From a virus (lineage: Duplodnaviria; Heunggongvirae; Uroviricota; Caudoviricetes), in IMG/VR virus record IMGVR_UViG_2740892229_000004: a stretch of DNA of 11,421 bases. One strand, given 5' to 3'. Every line of letters starts with the position of its first letter. Position 1 is the first letter of the stretch. The notes below the pieces were generated by a model that made no database searches, was not told the DNA's origin, and worked only from the letters and a program-made list of their open reading frames with translations. Made by a program: the position numbers and the translations under genes. Shown here piece after piece: positions 7,077 through 11,421 of the stretch.

Positions 7077-7461
7077 TGCAGGATATCCGACAGGAAACAC
7101 TGAATGAATGCACCCGTGCGGAGCAGTCTGCCAGCGTGGTGCTCTGGGAAATCGATCTGACAGAGGTTGGTGGAGAACGTTATTTTTTCTGTAATGAGCA
7201 GAACGAAAAAGGTGAGCCGGTCACCTGGCAGGGGCGACAGTATCAGGCGTATCCCATTCAGGGGAGTGTTTCGAACTGAATGGCAAAGGCACCAGTACGC
7301 GCCCCACGCTGACGGTTTCTAACCTGTATGGCATGGTCACCGGGATGGCGGAAGATCTGCAGAGTCTGGTCGGCGGAACGGTGGTCAGGCGTAAGGTTTA
7401 TGCCCGTTTTCTGGATGCGGTGAACTTCGTCAACGGAAACAGCGACGCCGATCCGGAGCAG
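7076..7461 (+). pseudogene. L: gpL copy 1, disrupted by a 1-nt deletion near 7268 (in-frame stop at 7277..7279); the remainder is L sequence in another frame up to gap 7462
   Basis: Reads MQDIRQETLNECTRAEQSASVVLWEIDLTEVGGERYFFCNEQNEKGEPVTWQGRQYQAYPIQGSVSN then stop. Copy 2 has ggggagtggttttgaactg where copy 1 has ggggagtgtttcgaactg, one base shorter. Downstream of the deletion the +1 frame encodes NGKGTSTRPTLTVSNLYGMVTGMAEDLQSLVGGTVVRRKVYARFLDAVNFVNGNSDADPEQ, which is genuine L sequence. Confidence 0.75.
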
Positions 7462-7471
7462 NNNNNNNNNN

Positions 7472-7516
7472 CTGCGTGTTGAGTTCAGCGCAGAGTTTGA
7501 ACAGGTGGTGAACTGA
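7472..7516 (+). CDS. M: gpM 3' terminal fragment (LRVEFSAEFEQVVN, stop 7514..7516)
   Basis: Near-identical to 7031..7076. Followed directly by the L start. Confidence 0.75.
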   Translation: MRVEFSAEFEQVVN

Positions 7517-8088
7517 TGCAGGATATCCGGCAGGAAACACTGAATGAATGCACCCGTGCGGAGCAGTCGGCCAGCGTGGTGCTCTGGGAAATCGACCTGA
7601 CAGAGGTCGGTGGAGAACGTTATTTTTTCTGTAATGAGCAGAACGAAAAAGGTGAGCCGGTCACCTGGCAGGGGCGACAGTATCAGCCGTATCCCATTCA
7701 GGGGAGTGGTTTTGAACTGAATGGCAAAGGCACCAGTACGCGCCCCACGCTGACGGTTTCTAACCTGTACGGTATGGTCACCGGGATGGCGGAAGATCTG
7801 CAGAGTCTGGTCGGCGGAACGGTGGTCCGGCGTAAGGTTTACGCCCGTTTTCTGGATGCGGTGAACTTCGTCAACGGAAACAGCGACGCCGATCCGGAGC
7901 AGGAGGTGATCAGCCGCTGGCGCATCGAGCAGTGCAGCGAACTGAGCGCGGTCAGTGCTTCCTTTGTGCTCTCCACACCGACGGAAACGGATGGTGCCGT
8001 TTTTCCGGGCCGCATCATGCTGGCTAATACCTGCACCTGGACCTATCGCGGCGATGAGTGCGGTTATCACGGTCCGGCGGTCGCGGAT
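7516..8088 (+). CDS. L: Tail tip assembly protein gpL, copy 2, intact frame for 191 codons (3' end cut by gap 8089..8098)
   Basis: Reads MQDIRQETLNECTRAEQSASVVLWEIDLTEVGGERYFFCNEQNEKGEPVTWQGRQYQPYPIQGSGFELNGKGTSTRPTLTVSNLYGMVTGMAEDLQSLVGGTVVRRKVYARFLDAVNFVNGNSDADPEQEVISRWRIEQCSELSAVSASFVLSTPTETDGAVFPGRIMLANTCTWTYRGDECGYHGPAVAD, matching lambda gpL. Confidence 0.92.
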
Positions 8089-8098
8089 NNNNNNNNNN

Positions 8099-8402
8099 TA
8101 GCCGCTGGCGCATCGAGCAGTGCAGCGAACTGAGCGCGGTGAGTGCCTCTTTTGTACTGTCCACGCCGACTGAAACGGATGGTGCCGTTTTTCCGGGGCG
8201 CATCATGCTGGCTAATACCTGCACCTGGACCTATCGCGGTGATGAGTGCGGTTATCACGGTCCGGCGGTCGCGGATGAATATGACCAGCCGATGTCCGAT
8301 ATCACGAAGGATAAATGCAGCAAATGCCTGAGCGGCTGTAAGTTCCGCAATAACGTCGTCAACTTTGGCGGCTTCCTTTCCATTAACAAACTTTCGCAGT
8401 AA
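8099..8402 (+). CDS. L: gpL C-terminal fragment with stop (Cys-rich C-terminus CSKCLSGCKF)
   Basis: Reads SRWRIEQCSELSAVSASFVLSTPTETDGAVFPGRIMLANTCTWTYRGDECGYHGPAVADEYDQPMSDITKDKCSKCLSGCKFRNNVVNFGGFLSINKLSQ then stop at 8400..8402. It is followed by ATG at 8408 (MTQT...), cut by gap 8420. Confidence 0.88.
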
Positions 8403-8429
8403 ATCCCATGACACAGACANNNNNNNNNN

Positions 8430-8555
8430 GAATATGACCAGCCAACGTCCGATATCACGAAGGATAAATGCAGCAAATGCCTGAGTGGCTGTAAGTTTCG
8501 CAATAACGTCGGCAACTTTGGCGGCTTCCTTTCCATTAACAAACTTTCGCAGTAA
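8430..8555 (+). CDS. L: gpL 3' terminal fragment, allele with PTSD and NVGNF
   Basis: Reads EYDQPTSDITKDKCSKCLSGCKFRNNVGNFGGFLSINKLSQ then stop at 8553..8555. Confidence 0.8.
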   Translation, partial: EYDQPTSDITKDKCSKCLSGCKFRNNVGNFGGFLSINKLSQ

Positions 8556-8559
8556 TCCC

Positions 8560-8626
8560 ATGACAGAGACAGAATCAGCGATTCTGGCGCACGCCCGGCG
8601 ATGTGCGCCAGCGGAGTCGTGCGGCT
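8560..8626 (+). CDS. K: gpK long-form N-terminal fragment (MTETESAILAHARRCAPAESCG), cut by gap
   Basis: ATG lies 4 nt after the L stop and the frame is open to the gap. It is a variant (T-E) of the MTQTESAILAHARRCAPAESCG start seen at 8712. Confidence 0.65.
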
Positions 8627-8636
8627 NNNNNNNNNN

Positions 8637-8706
8637 CGGTTGTAAGTTCCGCAATAACGTCGGCAACTTTGGCGGCTTCCTTTCCATTAACAAACTTTCG
8701 CAGTAA
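8637..8706 (+). CDS. L: gpL 3' terminal fragment (third copy)
   Basis: Reads GCKFRNNVGNFGGFLSINKLSQ then stop at 8704..8706. Confidence 0.75.
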
Positions 8707-8711
8707 ATCCC

Positions 8712-8778
8712 ATGACACAGACAGAATCAGCGATTCTGGCGCACGCCCGGCGATGTGCGCCAGCGGAGTCGTGCGGCT
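8712..8778 (+). CDS. K: gpK long-form N-terminal fragment (MTQTESAILAHARRCAPAESCG), cut by gap 8779..8788
   Basis: ATG lies 5 nt after the L stop. The sequence is open and in the same codon phase as the K body at 9055..9711, although the stretch between them is an inserted L fragment and a gap. Confidence 0.65.
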
Positions 8779-8789
8779 NNNNNNNNNNT

Positions 8790-9044
8790 TATGCCGATCC
8801 GGAGCAGGAGGTGATCAGCCGCTGGCGCATTGAGCAGTGCAGCGAACTGAGCGCGGTGAGTGCCTCCTTTGTACTGTCCACGCCGACGGAAACGGATGGC
8901 GCTGTTTTTCCGGGACGTATCATGCTGGCCAACACCTGCACCTGGACCTATCGCGGTGACGAGTGCGGTTATAGCGGTCCGGCTGTCGCGGATGAATATG
9001 ACCAGCCAACGTCCGATATCACGAAGGATAAATGCAGCAAATGC
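8790..9044 (+). CDS. L: gpL internal-to-C-terminal fragment (another copy, with GYSGPAVAD)
   Basis: Reads YADPEQEVISRWRIEQCSELSAVSASFVLSTPTETDGAVFPGRIMLANTCTWTYRGDECGYSGPAVADEYDQPTSDITKDKCSKC. It is placed out of genomic order between K fragments. Confidence 0.82.
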
Positions 9045-9054
9045 NNNNNNNNNN

Positions 9055-9711
9055 CGGGAAAGATATTTCCCCTGCGTGAATATCTCCGGTGAGCCGGAGG
9101 CGTATTTCCGGATGGCTCCGGAGGACTGGCTGCGGGCAGAAATGCAGGGTGAGATTGTGGCGCTGGTCCACAGTCACCCCGGTGCTCTGCCCTGGCTGAG
9201 TGAGGCCGACCGGCGGCTGCAGGTGCAGAGTGATTTGCCGTGGTGGCTGGTCTGCCGGGGGGCGATTCACAAGTTCCGCTGTGTGCCACATCTTACCGGG
9301 CGGCGCTTTGAGCACGGGGTGACGGACTGTTACACGCTGTTCCGGGATGCTTACCATCTGGCGGGAATTGAGATGCCTGATTTTCATCGTGAGGATGACT
9401 GGTGGCGTCACGGTCAGAATCTCTATCTGGATAATCTGGAGGCCACAGGGCTGTATCAGGTGCCGTTGTCAGCGGCGCAGCCGGGCGATGTGCTGCTGTG
9501 CTGTTTTGGTTCATCGGTGCCGAATCATGCCGCCATTTACTGCGGCGACGGCGAGCTGTTGCACCATATTCCTGAACAACTGAGCAAACGAGAGAGGTAT
9601 ACAGACAAATGGCAGCGACGCACACACTCCCTCTGGCGTCACCGGGCATGGCACGCATCTGCCTTTACGGGGATTTACAACGATTTGGCCGCCGCATCGA
9701 CCTTCGTGTGA
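9055..9711 (+). CDS. K: Tail tip assembly protein gpK (MPN/JAMM-like plus NlpC/P60-like), 5' end interrupted by gap; conventional 199-aa start would be the ATG at 9112
   Basis: Reads ...GERYFPCVNISGEPEAYFRMAPEDWLRAEMQGEIVALVHSHPGALPWLSEADRRLQVQSDLPWWLVCRGAIHKFRCVPHLTGRRFEHGVTDCYTLFRDAYHLAGIEMPDFHREDDWWRHGQNLYLDNLEATGLYQVPLSAAQPGDVLLCCFGSSVPNHAAIYCGDGELLHHIPEQLSKRERYTDKWQRRTHSLWRHRAWHASAFTGIYNDLAAASTFV then stop. A JAMM-type H-x-H-x7-S-x2-D motif lies at 9169..9210. The Cys (DCY) and His (NHAAIY) fit an NlpC/P60 arrangement. The 3' end overlaps I by 103 nt. Confidence 0.9.
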   Translation, partial: RERYFPCVNISGEPEAYFRMAPEDWLRAEMQGEIVALVHSHPGALPWLSEADRRLQVQSDLPWWLVCRGAIHKFRCVPHLTGRRFEHGVTDCYTLFRDAYHLAGIEMPDFHREDDWWRHGQNLYLDNLEATGLYQVPLSAAQPGDVLLCCFGSSVPNHAAIYCGDGELLHHIPEQLSKRERYTDKWQRRTHSLWRHRAWHASAFTGIYNDLAAASTFV

Positions 9712-10250
9712 AAACGGGGGCCGAAGCCATCCGGGCGCTGGCCACGCAGCTTCCGTCGTTTCGCCAGAAACTGAATGAGGGCTGGTATCAGGTGCGCATT
9801 GCCGGGCGTGATGCAGGCGAAAATGAATTATCAGCCCGTCTTAATGAACCGCTGGCAAATGGTGCTGTGATCCATATCGTGCCGCGTCTGGCAGGAGCCA
9901 AAAGTGGCGGTGTGTTTCAGGCTGTGCTGGGGGCGGCTGTTATGGCGGTTGCTATATGGATGCCGGGGGTAGGAATTATGGCGAGTAATCTGCTGTTTTC
10001 TCTCGGTGCCAGTATGACGCTTGGCGGTGTTGCACAGATGCTGGCCCCTAAACCCAAAACTCCCCGTACACAGACAACGGATAACGGCAAACAGAACACC
10101 TATTTTTCTTCACTGGATAATATGGTTGCCCAGGGCAATGTCCTGCCCGTTCTGTACGGTGAAATGCGTGTGGGGTCGCGGGTGGTATCTCAGGAGATCA
10201 GCACAGCAGATGAAGGGGATGGTGGTCAGGTTGTGGTGATTGGTCGCTGA
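9609..10250 (+). CDS. I: Tail tip assembly protein gpI, complete (213 aa)
   Basis: Reads MAATHTLPLASPGMARICLYGDLQRFGRRIDLRVKTGAEAIRALATQLPSFRQKLNEGWYQVRIAGRDAGEN...TPRTQTTDNGKQNTYFSSLDNMVAQGNVLPVLYGEMRVGSRVVSQEISTADEGDGGQVVVIGR then stop. It matches lambda gpI at both ends and has a hydrophobic middle segment. The start is embedded in the 3' end of K in another frame. Confidence 0.93.
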   Translation: MAATHTLPLASPGMARICLYGDLQRFGRRIDLRVKTGAEAIRALATQLPSFRQKLNEGWYQVRIAGRDAGENELSARLNEPLANGAVIHIVPRLAGAKSGGVFQAVLGAAVMAVAIWMPGVGIMASNLLFSLGASMTLGGVAQMLAPKPKTPRTQTTDNGKQNTYFSSLDNMVAQGNVLPVLYGEMRVGSRVVSQEISTADEGDGGQVVVIGR

Positions 10251-10290
10251 TGCAAAATGTTTTATGTGAAACCGCCTGCGNNNNNNNNNN

Positions 10291-10474
10291 CACACAGACA
10301 ACGGATAACGGCAAACAGAACACCTATTTTTCTTCACTGGATAATATGGTTGCCCAGGGCAATGTTCTGCCCGTTCTGTACGGTGAAATGCGCGTGGGAT
10401 CACGTGTGGTTTCTCAGGAGATCAGCACAGCAGATGAAGGTGATGGTGGTCAGGTTGTGGTGATTGGTCGCTGA
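10291..10474 (+). CDS. I: gpI C-terminal fragment (second copy, synonymous and near-synonymous differences)
   Basis: Reads TQTTDNGKQNTYFSSLDNMVAQGNVLPVLYGEMRVGSRVVSQEISTADEGDGGQVVVIGR then stop at 10472..10474. Confidence 0.85.
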
Positions 10475-10492
10475 TGAAAAACGTTTTATGTG

Positions 10493-10520
10493 AAACCGCC
10501 TTCGGGCGGTTTTATCGTTT
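10493..10520 (+). terminator. Stem-loop AAACCGCC-TTCG-GGCGGTTT followed by a T-rich tract, in the I-J intergenic region
   Basis: An 8-bp perfect inverted repeat (10493..10500 and 10505..10512) encloses a TTCG tetraloop and is followed by TTATCGTTT. It lies 15 nt upstream of the J ribosome-binding site GGAG. The first half of the same element is present at 10264..10280 before a gap. Confidence 0.45.
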
Positions 10521-10534
10521 ATGGAGCATGACGA

Positions 10535-10820
10535 ATGGGTAAAGGCAGCAGTAAGGGGCATACCCCGCGCGAAGCGAAGGACAACCTGAAGTCCACGCAG
10601 CTGCTGAGTGTGATCGATGCCATCAGCGAAGGGCCGGTTGAAGGTCCGGTGGATGGATTAAAAAGCGTGCTGCTGAACAGTACGCCGGTGCTGGACAGTG
10701 AGGGGAATACCAATATATCCGGCGTCACGGTGGTGTTCCGGGCCGGTGAGCAGGAGCAGTCACCGCCGGAGGGATTTGAATCCTCCGGCTCCGAGACGGT
10801 GCTGGGTACGGAAGTGAAAT
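10535..10820 (+). CDS. J: Central tail fiber / tip attachment protein gpJ, N-terminal part (cut by gap 10821..10830)
   Basis: ATG at 10535 is preceded by GGAG at 10523..10526. Reads MGKGSSKGHTPREAKDNLKSTQLLSVIDAISEGPVEGPVDGLKSVLLNSTPVLDSEGNTNISGVTVVFRAGEQEQSPPEGFESSGSETVLGTEVK, matching the lambda gpJ N-terminus. Confidence 0.92.
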
Positions 10821-10830
10821 NNNNNNNNNN

Positions 10831-11226
10831 CAGCAGTAAGGGGCATACCCCGCGCGAAGCGAAGGACAACCTGAAATCATCCCAGATGCTGAGCGTGATA
10901 GACGCCATCAGTGAAGGGCCGGTTGAAGGTCCGGTGGATGGATTAAAAAGCGTGCTGCTGAACAGTACGCCGGTGCTGGACAGTGAGGGGAATACCAACA
11001 TCGCCGGTGTCACGGTGGTGTTCCGGGCTGGTGAGCAGGAGCAGACTCCGCCGGAGGGATTTGAATCCTCCGGCTCCGAGACGGTGCTGGGTACGGAAGT
11101 GAAATACGACACGCCGATCACCCGGACCATCACGTCGGCAAACATTGACCGACTGCGTTTTACCTTCGGTGTGCAGGCACTGGTGGAAACCACCTCAAAG
11201 GGGGACAGGAATCCATCGGAAGTCCG
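10831..11226 (+). CDS. J: gpJ N-terminal region fragment, second allele
   Basis: Reads SSKGHTPREAKDNLKSSQMLSVIDAISEGPVEGPVDGLKSVLLNSTPVLDSEGNTNIAGVTVVFRAGEQEQTPPEGFESSGSETVLGTEVKYDTPITRTITSANIDRLRFTFGVQALVETTSKGDRNPSEVRL. Differs from 10535..10820 at a few codons (STQLL/SSQML, ISG/IAG, SPP/TPP). Confidence 0.88.
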
Positions 11227-11236
11227 CCTGNNNNNN

Positions 11237-11421
11237 NNNNGACCATCACGTCGGCAAACATTGACCGTCTGCGTTTTACTTTCGGCGTGCAGGCACTGGT
11301 GGAAACCACCTCAAAGGGGGACAGGAATCCATCGGAAGTCCGCCTGCTGGTTCAGATACAACGTAACGGTGGCTGGGTGACGGAAAAAGACATCACCATT
11401 AAGGGTAAAACCACTTCACAG
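11237..11421 (+). CDS. J: gpJ fragment continuing to the window end (3' end outside window)
   Basis: The frame starting at 11238 reads TITSANIDRLRFTFGVQALVETTSKGDRNPSEVRLLVQIQRNGGWVTEKDITIKGKTTSQ, matching lambda gpJ. The track ORF 10535..11380 crosses this fragment in a different, spurious frame. Confidence 0.88.

Noticed and set aside
7258-8070. Long minus-strand ORFs in the track (7258..8070, 6319..7008, 3860..4438, 8067..8693, 10519..11193, 4141..4671 and others)
   Set aside because: Each lies antisense to a + strand region that I recognise as a lambda tail protein. They are shadow ORFs in GC-rich coding sequence, several cross N10 runs, and none has a recognisable product or ribosome-binding site context.
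8860-9711. 283-aa ORF starting MPPLYCPRRRKR...
   Set aside because: Its N-terminal 61 residues are an out-of-frame translation of an L fragment (8790..9044) joined across gap 9045..9054 to the genuine K frame. Only the part after 9055 is real K.
3026-11236. The repeated near-identical blocks separated by N runs as a CRISPR array, tandem repeats or att sites
   Set aside because: The repeated units are 60 to 1000 nt coding segments of tail genes with allelic differences, not short uniform direct repeats with unique spacers. The N10 runs are assembly placeholders, not sequence.
1-11421. Possibility of a novel defence, toxin or accessory system hidden in the window
   Set aside because: Every fragment translates on the + strand into a recognised lambda tail protein (U, V, G, T, H, M, L, K, I, J). 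Intergenic space is limited to short ribosome-binding spacers and one hairpin. There is no unexplained ORF, moron, repeat array or RNA gene.

Overview
This window is the tail morphogenesis module of a lambda-like (lambdoid) siphovirus or prophage, almost certainly from Escherichia or a close relative. All genes are on the + strand in canonical lambda order: U (3' end), V, G, T (made via a -1 frameshift as G-T), H (tape measure), M, L, K, I and the 5' end of J. I recognised the proteins by reading the translations against lambda gpU, gpV, gpG, gpT, gpH, gpM, gpL, gpK, gpI and gpJ from memory; no search was run. The window is not one contiguous locus: 21 runs of exactly 10 N split it into 22 fragments. 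Adjacent fragments often cover the same gene segment as slightly or strongly different alleles, so it looks like serialised alternative assembly paths from a sample carrying several related prophage tail modules. Several ORFs in the supplied track (for example 3046..5085 and 8860..9711) are chimeric read-throughs across those gaps. I found no unassigned coding space and no evidence of a novel system. The points worth a second look are the allelic mosaicism in H, a frameshifted L copy, the G-T recoding site, the K start and its JAMM and NlpC/P60 motifs, and a hairpin ahead of J.
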